A stretch of DNA of 64,000 nucleotides from Takakia lepidozioides (lineage: Eukaryota; Plantae; Bryophyta), in assembly GCA_030704615.1 (NCBI GenBank), contig CM060731.1, positions 28,272,001 to 28,336,000 of the forward strand, given 5' to 3'. The position numbers and the translations under genes are program-made. Below, piece after piece: positions 9,996 to 23,400 of the stretch. Below the pieces are notes generated by a model that saw nothing but the letters and a program-made list of their open reading frames with translations, did no database searches and had not been told where the DNA came from. Position 1 is the first letter of the stretch. Every line of letters starts with the position of its first letter.

Positions 9996-11899
9996 TGACC
10001 TTGATGCATGGATGAATGAAAGGCAGGATGTTTGTCCCACCGGTTCGCTGAGGACCCCTAAATTTATGTAGGTACAATCAATGATACGACATGACTGTTA
10101 GTAATGAATGGACTCCACTACCATAGTGGGAAGGCTGATCCGGCAGTGAAATGCCGAATATTTATTTTCTTTACAACAAAACACTTCGGCACAACTTAAG
10201 GAAATTTCTAGATTTTACGGCAATGCCACGATGAGATTTTAAGTAATTCGGCGGTGACTCCCTGCATGAACTACTGTACCATTATGTACCAACAGTCAGT
10301 AGCTTAGATGTGTCAGGTTATTTTACCACTAGTGTGAAACTAGCTAGGAAATAGCTAGCTTTTACATATTGACATTTGGGATTGGCCCAAGTGTCAATCC
10401 AGGGGTCAAGGCAGATTTAGGCCCTGGAGTGGTTATCTTCACGGCAGCGCGGGAGACTCATCTTTCTCGAGTTGAGCCTCACCGTGCCTAGCTATGGCGC
10501 CGTAGTGTGGATTCCCCATGGCGTGGGGTGCACTTGGCTTGACTTGTATTTGAGTGATGAGGTTATATATGCATGAGTTTATGCTTCAGATTTGTGAGCT
10601 CGTGCTTGTATTCTTCTTCTTTATCACTCGAGAAAGATGAGCTCGTATTTGTGAGTGCCAGATACGAGTTAGTTGTAGCACTTGTGGTTTTTGCTTGAGA
10701 ATGAGAGAAACCAGGTTGTTATGCAAGGAGCACTGTGGAGCTCTTGGTTGTTAGAAGCGGAGGCGATGTGGCTTACGAGATGGTAGACCTTGGCATTCGA
10801 TCTTCAGCTTCAGAGATGAAAGCACCATGCTGTGGGATTGTAAGACCAAGCGAAAGGGCTGATTTGGCTTGGGGCAAATCAGTGCACTTCGTGGAGTATG
10901 TTGAGATTGGGTTTCAATCTTGAGCTTCAGCATTGAGAGGGCTCTTGTCATGGCAAGAGCAGGGCTGGAACAGGAGCTAAGAGGTGCGGCAAGGCCATGG
11001 AATGTGCACCTAGGGTTTCAGAGCTTGGAAGAAGAGCTCTTGCACCACAAGAGGAGTGTCTTGTGGCTGGAAATGTAAGCCTTAGGGTTTCAGGAGCTTG
11101 GCAAGGGCTGTGGAGTGCTTAGTCTTGTCTTAGAGAGCATCAAGGAGCTAAGGAGCCAAGATAGGGGGCTGATACCTCTTGAGTGAAGAGGTTGCATGTG
11201 TGGAGCATGTATTCAGCTCATTGAAGCTTCCATCTTCAAGCTTTGCATTCATTTGAGACACGCGGAAGCCTTGCTCAATTTTGGACTCAGAGATGAGGTG
11301 CGAGAGAGAGCGACAGAGAGGTGAAAATCAAGGAAGCGAGAGAGTGAGAGATCGAGGGAGCGTGAGTTGGAGTGAGTGTGGGTTTGAGCAATTCGCCGTG
11401 TATGGGGGAGTGTGACAGAGTGAAAGGAGGGCAAAACAAGATAGTACGCTATCCTGCAAGCTGTTGTGCGCACCCGGGCGAGAGAGCTCATCCAGCCTTG
11501 TAGGGACGATCCTTGCCTGAAATGACATCAAGCAGATAAATTTTTTTCGTGTCTTCTTCGTGCATGCAATGAGGGATTTTTCCATGGGCTGCAGAGATTA
11601 CAGGAAAATAGAAGTTGCATGCTTGATTGATTGCTTTTTTGAGTGAATGATAGATTGTTTTGATTGTTTTGATTGCTTATTTTTTTTGGATTGATTCCAG
11701 GGTTACAGAGGTAGGAACGTCGATAGAAGGATTGGGAATTACGGAAGATTTCGGGATATGTACGCTTTCCTTGAGGAACGACTCCGAATTCGAGAAATCA
11801 GGAATTCTGATTTCATAGGGTTCGTAGGTACAGCTGGCAACTGTTTAGGTTTTGCAACCTATGGTGTAGGCCTCAGTATAGGTACCATGACACAGTCCA

Positions 11900-12435
11900 T
11901 TCACGCGCGATCGTGCGTGAATTCATTTTACTATATACAGCTCGGGATACCGAACTATGTTTTTGGCTCGATTCGGTTATCTACATTATTTCCAAGATCT
12001 GCATTACGTGCCTATCGAAATATGGATTCCTAGTGATTTAGAAAGCCGTAGAGAAACCTCGCGCGATCGCCCGTCTTTATATCAATTATAGTATTGCGAA
12101 ACATGGTTTAGTTAGGTCTTGGAGTCAGGTCAATAACCACTTTTGGCAAGGGAATGGTCTGAAGAAGCACGCGCGATCGCGCGTGCTACATTCGGTACAA
12201 GTCATCACCTACAGGAGCACTAACGAACAGTAGCTAATACCAAACTGTATAGGGTCGAAGAAATCATTCATTAGTAAGACAATAAACTCAGTGTTCTCAA
12301 TTTTAAGGATTATGCAATTATTGAACCTTGCGCAATCGCGCGAATTTGACTCCGTAGTTTACTGAATGGGATGAGAAATTGAAGATCTGATGTGAAAGAA
12401 TGCCCTGAAGAAGCATGCACGATTGCGCGTGCTTC
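11900..12435. repeat. Dispersed palindromic motif CACGCGCGATCGCGCGTG, with degenerate copies also at ~3623 and ~3757
   Basis: Perfect 22-bp palindrome AGCACGCGCGATCGCGCGTGCT at 12166-12187; variants at ~11903, ~12056, ~12326 and ~12412. Confidence 0.75.
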
Positions 12436-14448
12436 ATTTGATACTTGTATTCTTGGGACTAACAACAACACCATTGATACCCAGATGATTAAAAGACACA
12501 TATGAGGACATGTCTGAGTGCATACTCAAAACTGTAAAGTGTTTCGGAAGACATTAGTTCACATTATACAATGTCAACTAAAATCTTTCGGCGCATTTTA
12601 TCAGTCTTGCATGCACACAAAGTATGATAATTCCTGTATGTGGGGGCATAGTCACTCGTGTGATAGGCAGAGATGTTTAGTGTGGACCCAATAGTATACA
12701 ATAGTATCCAAATATCGATCCAAAAGTCCAGGGCAATTTGTAATATTACTTGTCGTCAATATCCATTAGGTTGTTCATCGATTATGTCGTCTACTGTTTC
12801 AGATTAGACAGTGAAGATGTGATGTGAAAGAATCACTATAACAAATTCTGGCTTTTACGATTGTTGTTTAGCAGTTATATCAGCCTCTTATGATTGCATC
12901 ACTGGACAGTGAAATAAACCCAGTCAGTTGTGACATTGTAGTCGTAAATGATATGCAGTCATAAAATGCCAGTCATGCAGCTATCTGTTGACGTGGCACA
13001 TCAGCTGCCTACTCATAGTCATGGGCCACGATTGGGTTTTATGACTATAGTAGTCCATGTCAGCGCCACCAAGGAACTCCAGTCGGGCAACACGTGCCTT
13101 TGCCAGATTTGGACACGTATCATATGGGGAGGGGGGACAACAATGTAGCAGTCATGGTGCTTTTGGGGGTGATGCTTGTTGTTTGGGGAGGGAGAACTGT
13201 TTGCACAATGGGCAGATCGGGGGGTTCAACTCCCCCCAGTACTGGGATCATGATATTCCTGGGGAGCTTTGTATGGGATAAAAGCATGTAGTTGGTAGTT
13301 AGTTTTCAGATACTTGTCAGGTGAAACGCCGAAACAGAGGGCTTCCCCGGGGCCTTCTTAGGGTTTCGCATTTGGGGTCCCCCGACATTCTGTCGTATGT
13401 CGGTGACGTAGCCCATTTTTTGTAGCCAGAAATGTCTACCGGCTCAGCAATACTTGGTCTGAGCTAGGATTGAAGTAGAAATTCACAGAAACAGAAATCA
13501 GTGTTAAAATTTGCTGAAATTCTGAAATTCTTTTTGGAGGTGGTACTTCATCATTCAAGGGAGACTTTCACCACAATAATTGTGATTCCAAGGGAATTTG
13601 GACCCCCTCAGCCTGAATTACATGTCATTTGAGCTTCATGGTGTGCTTTGACCCCCCTGTTTTCCCTTACAAAACAACCTTGTGAAAATTTGGGAATTCT
13701 CCTTTGGAATTTTGCCACAACATGCTTTAGGCCACATAATGGGAATCTGGATGGGGTCTTGTGAGGAATTTTATTTTGTCGATCCAGTTTCCTGGTCAAA
13801 CCATTTTTCCACTGCAAATTTGGAGTGTACCCTAAATTTAGGGCTTGCAAATTTCTTATAATCTTCCAAAATACACGTTGAAATGAGCTGAAATTTTCGC
13901 AGAAGCTGGATGAAGTAGGTAGCCTCCCATTCATATGGTTCATCCCTGTGGATGTTAATTTCGTGAGAGATATACCCTCATCCGTGAGGGTGAGGGTATG
14001 TCCTGTTTTGGAGGGGGGCCCACCAAAAACTGCCTCGTCCATTAGGGGTTAACAGTGTCCAATCCCATATCATGTAGGGCTATGTAGCTCGTTCCAAACC
14101 ACTGTAGATGGAACATGCATAGTCCAGGGATCAAAATCTCATAGTCACAGTGAAAATTCAGGACACTAGCATACCGTATATAAACTGCAAATTTAGCCGT
14201 CCACGGCGAAAAACTGCTTTTCAGGCCGGCATGTCCCAGGGCCGTGAAGAGGTCGTTAGGTAGTTAGTCTTTCCACAGAAAGACTTCTCTCGCCTTCCTT
14301 TTGCATCTCTTCCCACCTTTACCCGTCATACATTTCGAGCATAACCTTTGACTCTCTCTGTCGCTGCAGTCTGCGTCTCTCTCTTGAAAGGAATAGGATC
14401 TATTGATTAGAGAACGAAGAAACTACTCACAAACACAAGGTGGTTGAC

Positions 14449-17400
14449 ATGGGGAGTCGCAAGATTACGATATACGCGACACTGCCACCCGGTGGCAGAA
14501 GCGCCCGCAGATTAACTGCATTTACGACAGAGTTGGCCGAGTTCTCAAAGCCGGCTCATCAACGGACCAGCAATTTTGAACAGCCCGGAGGAAGCATATT
14601 TGGGGAGATTGACCGAGATGTAGACCCAGAAGTCTTAGCGAGGTTGGATCTGACAAGGAGTAGAAAAGAGAGTATGCGTTTGTCAGCTGCTAGAGCAAGT
14701 ATCTTGGCCATGGAGGGTCACCTTCATAATCCATCTATGGAGGAAGAATTCGAACCCGAACCAGAGCCTTTACCAGAGCCAGTAGATATTGTGGAGATAT
14801 TGAAGGAGCGACTGGCAAGATTGCATATGGTATATAAACCGCCGGAGCTAACTGAAGGCCCAGCTGATGTCGTGATCGCTGTCAGAAGCGCTCCCAATAG
14901 TGATTCTAGAGAGTGGGTTAGGGCACACTCTCAGGTTTTGAGGAGATGTTGCAATGGTTTTGAGGAGTTGCTGGAATCTGCCATGCGTCCAATGGACCTG
15001 CGAGAGTATCTCGATAGACAATTCATTCGCACCAGAACATTTGGTTTAGTGCCTGAAAACCCTAAAACTTGCCTTAGTTTTTATGCTATTTTCTCTTCCC
15101 TGAGAGAGCTACTTCCATTAGGGATGAAACAAAATAGACTCCTCTTACAGCTCAAAAGGTCATGATGCCATGAACGTGGAAGAAGTCCACCGAGGAGAGA
15201 GAGAGAGCAGAGCGTGGTGCGCTTATCAAATGCGAGTTCTGATGCAGATGGTTGGAAATGCAGATGACACAAGCTCAAGTGAAAGTCTGGAGACAGATGT
15301 ATCATTGGCATGGTGTAGGATGGGACATCCGAACAAGGAAATACCAGAAACGAGAGTTGTTACTACAGCTTTTCTTGCTTTCCAGGAAGAAAAGAAGAAA
15401 GAGGCAGGGGAAACAATTGGAAAGGAGGAAGGAAAAGAGGAAGAACTACTGTCAGAGGACTTATTGCGAGAAAAGCGTGAGAAGGAGACTGAGGAAATTG
15501 TCAAAGCCAGCCAATCCCTAGTGCAGGACTTGGCAATGCTCGATCTGCCAGAGGAAGTGAAGGAAAGCTATGAGAAATTTGCAGCTATGGTGGCTGAGTG
15601 TGTGCCACAAGCCGGGGAAGAAGGTGAAGGACCAGCTAGTGAAGGTGAAGGCGAGGGCAGGGGGGATGGAGAAACCCAAGGTGTACCTCCACCAGAGAAA
15701 GAACCGCAGCCTTTCGTAAGAACTGTGAGAGTGAGTTTTTCAGACTACGCACCCCCTGGTTGGAAAAAGCCAGATAAGAGAGAGAGTCTTTTGAGACGTC
15801 AAAGCCTTGTGGAAGGGCAGCTAGCGGAAGATAGCCTCGTGAAAGGTACTCTTATAGATGGGAGCATTGTCAGAGCCAGCCTTGCTGAAGGGGGCCTTCA
15901 CGGAGGGAGCCTTGCAGACGGGGATGGGCGCCATTTGGCGAGCATGGGGGCAGAAGGAAAAATAATAAGTGGGAGCCTCATCAGAGGAAGTCTTGCTAAA
16001 GGGAGCCTTGCACGAGGGAGCATTGTCAGACAGAGCCTTTTGGAAGGGAATCTTGTGGGTGATGAGGTAACTCCCGTTCGGTCTTTCAGTAGGAAATAGG
16101 TTCAAGGAAGAGAGTGGGAAAGAGGATGCCAAAATCTTGTCAGCGCCCCCGTCCAGCACTGTTGAAGTCTCAGTTAGAAAGTAATTCTTCATTTCTTTCT
16201 TGCACCTTTGTGCAACGTGTGGAGTTTGTTTTGTTTTTTGGTGATCTCAGTGGTTCGACTGTGTTGTTCCCCTGTGTCCCATGGGTTCCAATGTCGTGCA
16301 GACGTTATGAGTTTTTCTTCTTCTCTCTCTCTCTTTAATTCCCTCCAATGGACATTATGAAGTTGCTTCTCTCTCTCTCTCTCCTAAGGCACCATTCATT
16401 TCATTTCTTTCCGCGGACGGCAAACAACGTCTTATGAGTACAATCTTTCCGCGGACGAAAATCACTACAGTATCCTTGGCAGAACTTCTAGGTCTAACAG
16501 TGAGGGGTCTTCTGCTGAATGGAGGGACACAGTTGGAAAAACTGTTCCTATGATTCAAAACAGCCCTGATGAACTGGAGTATATTTCAATGGCTTATAAC
16601 GCTCCCATTAGTTCTTCTGAGATTGTGGAAGCAATTGAACATTTAAATGGATATAAAGCTGGTGGACCTGATGGTATTGTCAACGAGCTTATCAAGTACG
16701 GTGGCGATCCCATGATAGAGGCCCTAGTTCTCCTTTTTAACCTTATCTGGAAGACTGAAATGATCCCCTTTCGCTGGCGACAGGGGGTCATTGTATAGAT
16801 TGGTGACAGAGAAGAACCGGGGAACTACCGTGGCATCACGCTCCTCAATGCTGTTGGCAAGACATTCTGCAGAGTTATAAGTACTCGTCTCGAGGTTGAT
16901 CTGGAGTCTAGAGGTTGTTTCCATGAAGGCCAAGCTGGCTTTCGGCGAAACAGGGGCTGTGTGGATCATATCTTCACTCTAAGCCAGATTATCCAGGGAA
17001 GGAAAAAGAAGGGAAACCCACTTATGTTTTTTTCCTGGATGTCAAAAAGGCTTATGACACAGTGTGGAGAGATGGCCTATGGTTCCGCCTCTGGTCTTGT
17101 GGGATCAAGGGAAAGATGTGGAGAGTTGTCCACAACTTGTATGCTCACACCAAAAGCTGTGTCACTGTTAACGGACAGAAGTCCAACTTCTTTGACATAG
17201 ACCAAGGTGTAGCTCAAGGATGTACTCTCTCCCCTCTGCTCTTCAATGTTTTTATCAATCTTCTCCTCGAGGATGTGGAAAGTGAGGGATTTGGGTTAAG
17301 GGTGGGTGATACCACCATACCAGCCCTTATGTTTGCGGATGACTTTGCAGGCATAGGGGAGACTCCAACCAATCTCCAGGAGTTGATTGATTGCGCGAAG

Positions 17401-20400
17401 AGATACTTTGATCTTTGGGGGCTAGAGGCTAATGTCAGCAAATGTGCAGTGGTAGCATCAACGACAGAGGAGAGGGAGGAAGTGATCTTAAGTGGCAGTG
17501 GGGTAGCCAAGAGATCCCGGTCCTCCCTTCCTACACTTACCTGGGCGTTGAGTTTTCCTCCAATTGTAATTGGGATGCACATATCCGGAAAGTTGTTCAA
17601 ACTGGCAAGGGCAAAGCTCTGGGGCTCACTAAATTTTTCCACTGCAGAGGGGTCAACTCTGAGGTTAAGAAAACCATGCTTTGCCGCGTTATTAGACCTG
17701 CCTTGGAGTACGGATCTGCTATATGGGTTGATAACTCCAACCAGGCTAAGTCTCTAGATTCCATTCCATTCAGTGGGGGTGCTTAAGGAGTGTATGTCAG
17801 CATGCTCCAAAACAGCCAATGTGGCTGTTTGGGGTGAGTTTGGCATTCCGTCCTTAAGCTCCCGACGAGATGAATTCAAGGTCAGATGGTGGGGTCAGCT
17901 GCAACATATGCCCAACACCAGATATCCTAAGTTAATCGACTCTATATCTTGGAAACAGGACCGCCCTGTCAAACAGGCTAAGTCCTGGCAGAAGAGAGTA
18001 GAAGAGATTCTCAAGGACCTGGACCTGGATCCGCAAGTCTTGACCCTGCTGGATAAATCTGACTTAGAGGCTGTAGTGTCCGAAGCCATGTCTGTTGCCA
18101 TGAGATTGTCTGATGAAAATGAAGTTAGGCAGAAAACTTCCCTGAACTTGTTTCCAGTCAGTGACATGGGGGAGGACATCTTGGATGACCTCGGGTCTAC
18201 CCACTCTCGGCACTAGACTGAAATTTAAACTCAGGGCAGGAAGCCTACCTTTGAACAGCAAACAGAAGCAGAGAGGAAAGGGAGAGTGCAATTGCCCGTT
18301 GTGTGGGCAATCTGAAGACAGTATTCATTTTCTGATACACTGTCCAGGGTTCTCTCACCAAAGAGACGCTCTCTTCAAATCTATCAAGGGAATTGTGCCT
18401 GTACCCCTGTTTACCAACTTTGAAAGTCTCGAGGCTGAGCCGAAAGCCCAGGCCCTCCTGAGGCCTAGTTTTTGGGCAAATCACACACAGCAGATTGATG
18501 CTTGTGTGAAGGGATTTCTAGAGGATATCTGGAAAACCCGGATTAATTCTATATATCAAGGTAAGTCTTACTACCAACGTCAGCCCCTGACAGAGGTAGG
18601 TTCTGTCCCTTTTGTTCCCGCTCAAACTGGGCGCGGGGTCAATGGCCACAAGGCTACGGCAAAGAACGTCTTATGAGTACAATCTTTCCACGGACGTTAT
18701 AAAGCACCATTTCATTTCATTTCTCTTGTCCCATTGGCACTAGAAATTTAAAGTCAGGGCGGGGAGTCTACCTTTGAACAAAAAACAGATGCCCAGAGGA
18801 AAGGGAGATCCCATGCCCCATGTGCCGGCCGACTGAAGACAATATCCATTTTCTGATACAATCTCCGGGGTATTCTCATCAGAGAGCGGCCCTCTTCAGG
18901 TCCATCAAGAACATCGTCCCTGCACCTCTGTTCACCAACTTTCTAAATCTCGATGCTGAGCCTAAAGCCCTGGCCCTGTTGGGTCTAATTGCTGGGCAGC
19001 TCACACACAGCAGATTGAAGTTTGTGTGAAGTGATTTCTAGAGGAAGTCTGGAAATCCCAAACCAATTGTTTATACCAAGGTAAGTCCCACAACTGGAGT
19101 GAGTCCTTCACAAAGGTAGTGTCTGTTCCCTGTTGTTCCGCCAGAACTGGGCATGAGGTCTATGGCCACAAGGCTACGGCGAACAACGTTTCATTCTCTC
19201 ATGCCATAAGCTCTTTGGACTACTTGTAGAGGTTTCTTTCCGAGCTTTCTGCGGACCTTATAAAGTACCATTTCATTTCATGTCATTCCTCTATACTACG
19301 AGATCCACAGGAGATTCCACTGTCTATTCCGGGGAATTCAATCTCTCACTGAAGTCTTCCACTATGAGGATCAGAAATCCTCTCTCATGTTTTTTTCCCA
19401 TTTTGTCCCATAAGCTCTATGAGCTTTCCGCGGACGTTATAAAGTACCATTTCATTTCATTTCATGTCATCTCCCTTACTCCTTAAACAAGTGTGACTTT
19501 TATGGGCTGCACAAAGCCACCTAGGTAACAAACCTGATGCTTTACAAAGAGCTGATATATCTCCTCTGAAACTAGAGATTTTGCTGTTTAAACAGGTGGA
19601 TATACCAGAGCTAGTAGAGATTGATTTTGGTCCAACAAAAGAAGAGCTGGCAAAAGAGAGACAAGAAGATGAAACATATTTTTTTGCTGATTTTCTGTCA
19701 AGGGTAAGCTCAAGCTCAGACGAGAGTGAGCCTGAAGAAATTGTTCTGCCAAAACCTCCAATATACGAACTTGCCAAAGACTGGACAGCTGCAGCCTTGC
19801 ATGCAATTATGGAGTATTTGTATACTGAACAGTGTCATGTGCCATGCCATGAACTCCCACAAGTCTTTCAAGCAGCCAATGAACTTCTTCTCACTGAACT
19901 CACTGATTTGATCACGTTAATTCCCCTGTTGGATTACCTCCGATTGGCTCTCAGGAATGAGGAGAACCGGGCAGCCTTGCTTGAACTGTGTACTCTTGCA
20001 GACTCTGATGAACGCCCAGGTCAGCTGCTTCTTTTTTCTTTTCTCTTCCAATGCCATTCTTCTTGCCATTCTACAATGTAGGTCCTTACTTCAACACTTA
20101 ATCCCAATTGTTGTGGGCTCTGTGTCACTGCTATGGCAATGTTGTCCCATTCTTGTCCCACCACTGGATACAGGTCTTCATGTATCTCTCACGGAAGTCT
20201 TCCATTGAGAGGATCAGAAATGCTTGGCAGCTTATCTGCACAAAGCTTTGACCCTTGGGCAATCCCTGGAGCAGTAGTTGCTTTTGGGCTGCTTCTGGCT
20301 TCACTATGTCTTTTATTCTCTCTTGTTTCTTGCTTTTCTTTTGTCACATAAGCTCTTTGAGCTTTCTGCGGAGGTTATAAGTTCCATTTCAATTCATTTC

Positions 20401-23400
20401 ATTTCTCTGTGCTTTTTTGGCTCTGGTTTTGTTTCCTCTCTCTTGTTTTTTTCTATTTTGTCCAGTAAGCTCTTTGAGCTTTCCGCGGACGTTATAAAGT
20501 ACCATTTCATTTCATTTCTGTGCTCCTCCAGATCTGGGTTGGAGTCTGTGGGCATCCCTATGCAATGATGGCCCAAAAGCCATCTGTCTCTCACACAAGA
20601 TGAGAGACGGATGGCTTAGGTCAACTCAAGATGAGAAGGTTAAGTGGGTTTATATTGGAGGGAACTGGTCGTCAACTAACACGGAGGTTTAAGGGGCCCA
20701 GATCTCAGGACACTAAGGACTCTATGCGAATCATTTGAGTATGGGGAGGACGTTGATCGATTGCCCTACACTTTCACACTGCATACTGGCTACATGGTCG
20801 GTCGTGACGAAGAGTTTGTGGAGGAGGGCATCCACTTGTATCCACGCTTAAAGGTTAGTGGCTAAGATGTGGGGGGGTCAATGATCTTAAGTGGACACAA
20901 GAAAACAAATCGTTCTGTCCCATAAGCTCTGTGGGGTTCATTGAATGGTACAAAGCTCTTCTTTTCTCTCTCATGTTTTCTTCCATTTTGTCCCATAAGC
21001 TCTACAAGCTTTCCGCGGACGTTATGAAGCACCATTTCATTTCATTTAATTTCATTTCATGTCATTTCTCTCTTTCCTGCAATCTCCTTTCGTTTTGTCT
21101 CTCGTTTCTCTCTCGCACGCGCGCGGCAGCACGTCGGCGCTGCGCTCACGGGCGTTGGCGCGCTAGCGCCATCTCCACCACTCCATGACGTCCAAACGCC
21201 AAAGGACGGCTGCCGACGAGGTAGACTACCCGTCTCCCTCACGTCGACTGATTCCCCTCTGCTTCTTCTTCCTGCCCCTGTCTCTCATCAAGCCTCTCCT
21301 TTGCGTCATTACTCCACAAGGAGTGCTGATGTTCAAACGCTTCGGGACCAAATCTCCATCTTACAACGAAATGCATCTCGGAGGAGACTCTGCAGCAAGT
21401 GCTCGCTGCCCGTGACAATGACTCGGAGGAGCGGTTGGCTTCCCTAGACAAAGACTGGGAGACGCGGATGGCTTCCCTTAACAAAAATTGGGAAAAGCAC
21501 ATGGATTCCTTGGACAAAGATTGGCAGAAGCGCATGACAGACAGATACACAGACTTGGAGAACAATATGCGAGTTCAGGATAACTTTTTGCGGGCCTCTC
21601 TTCAGGAGTGCACTAGCAAACTTCAAGGTCTGGCGAAACATCTCAATGACAAATCCACACATACGCGTCTTTCAAAACTTGAAGGCGAAGTGAAGACCTT
21701 CACAGAGAAGAGCCTCCCAGATCCCCTCACAGCAAGCATCCATCTGCAGGTGGAATCCCTTAGCAAAGAGCTGGAAACACACAGAACTGCGACGTCTACA
21801 ATGGCTCGGGAGCTCCAAGCTCACAAGGCAGAGGCCTCCTCCTGGGCTAATATAGTTAAGGGGAGCACATCCAACAACAGTCCTCACTCTCTTGAGGAGA
21901 CAGTTTCGGCTACCTTGCGAGAGGAACAACAACGGGCTTTCAAAGCCCTTAACATCAGGGTCACTGGGAAGCTAGGGGGCCTTGCTAAGGGGGACCTCTT
22001 GACGCTGCCACCAGCCTTATTCAGCAAAACCTTGCTCTCCCACGGGGCGCGAGTGGCATTGAAAGGGCTTGGCGTGCATGATCTTCAGAGCATAAAGTCC
22101 TCTTCATTAGATTCAAGGTCAAGGGCGCTCGGGATAGAGTCCTCAGGCAGAGACCTCAATTGAGAGGTCAGGGTATGTACCTCAACGATGACTTGACCCC
22201 TTTGCAATACAACGCCATGCGGGCGCAACTCTTGCAGGTTAAGCAAGCTCGAGCTCAAGGGCACTATGCCGTGTACCGAGATAGGAGGGTAATTGTCCGG
22301 GAGCACGAACGTCGCCCCTCTAGCTCTAAATAGGGGTTGGGGCACCATGAGACCAACGCATGCTCACATCTACACATTGGCTCATGGAACTGTAATGGCT
22401 CGTTGTGGAGCCACCCTCAAGGGCTTCTAGATATTCTTTCCAAGTGTGATGTTCTTTTTCTTTTGGAAACTCATGCGTATGAAGGAAAGGACCCCCCCTT
22501 TATTCTCGGGTATAGCTTTCAGTCAGTGATTCGTCCACGTACAGGTCTCAAAGGATCTGGAGGTGTGGCTTGTTACATAGCTGACTGGCTTCTCCCACTT
22601 ATCTCCTTCCCATACAAAGACCCACTGGCAAGGTACATTTGGTGTCACATCAAAGGCTACAACATCCTGCTGGCGGGATGTTATTTTGCTCCGGCCGCAT
22701 CTCCGCACAGCGACCTACATATTCGAACAGATTCACCATATGTTCCATTGGAAAACGATATGGCCCGTCTCCGTACCCCACAAACGGACATTTTCTTGGT
22801 TGGAGATTTCAACGCCCGTACAGGATCACTACAGGCCCCCACCTTCGACCACACAGATCCTCTACACATCCAACGCTCGCGTACGGAATTGGAGAGGCAA
22901 AGTGCAGATTCCTCTTGCGAAATCACAAGTTACGGTCACCATCTACTCAAGTTTTGTGAACAGGGGCTATCCATTTACAATGGAACAACCAACTTCAAAT
23001 CCTCCAGCCAGTTCACTTGCCACACGTACAAGGGCCAAAGCGTGGTTAACTATCTCTTGGGGAGCCCCAACAAGCCTGATAGAATAAGCTCCTTTTACAT
23101 CACGAGGTACCCGGATACTGATCACTCTTGTCTTTCCTTTGCATTTCCTTCCATCTCCCTCCCCGTGAGGATCCCCTCTGCGTCTCTTCCCTTACACCCA
23201 CGTATCCACTTTAATACCCATTTCTCTCACTTACACGACGCCGAGTATGAAACATACCTAGCGTCAACCCTCCCTTCCATTCTACATCTATCATCTCCTA
23301 ACGACAAGGCTACACATCTTACTCAAGCCCTTTGGGACTCAGCCCTGCGATCATTTCCCGTCACCTTTCCATCTATCTCCTCACCCTTCTCCACTCGTCG

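Noticed and set aside
10000-13600. Short ORFs in repeat-like DNA
   Set aside because: No recognisable domains or termini; left as unclassified, probably transposon non-coding sequence.
14030-14052. piggyBac-like right terminus (...ATTAGGGG|TTAA) that could close a giant element spanning the left 14 kb
   Set aside because: No matching left TIR was found in the window, so it cannot be supported from this sequence.
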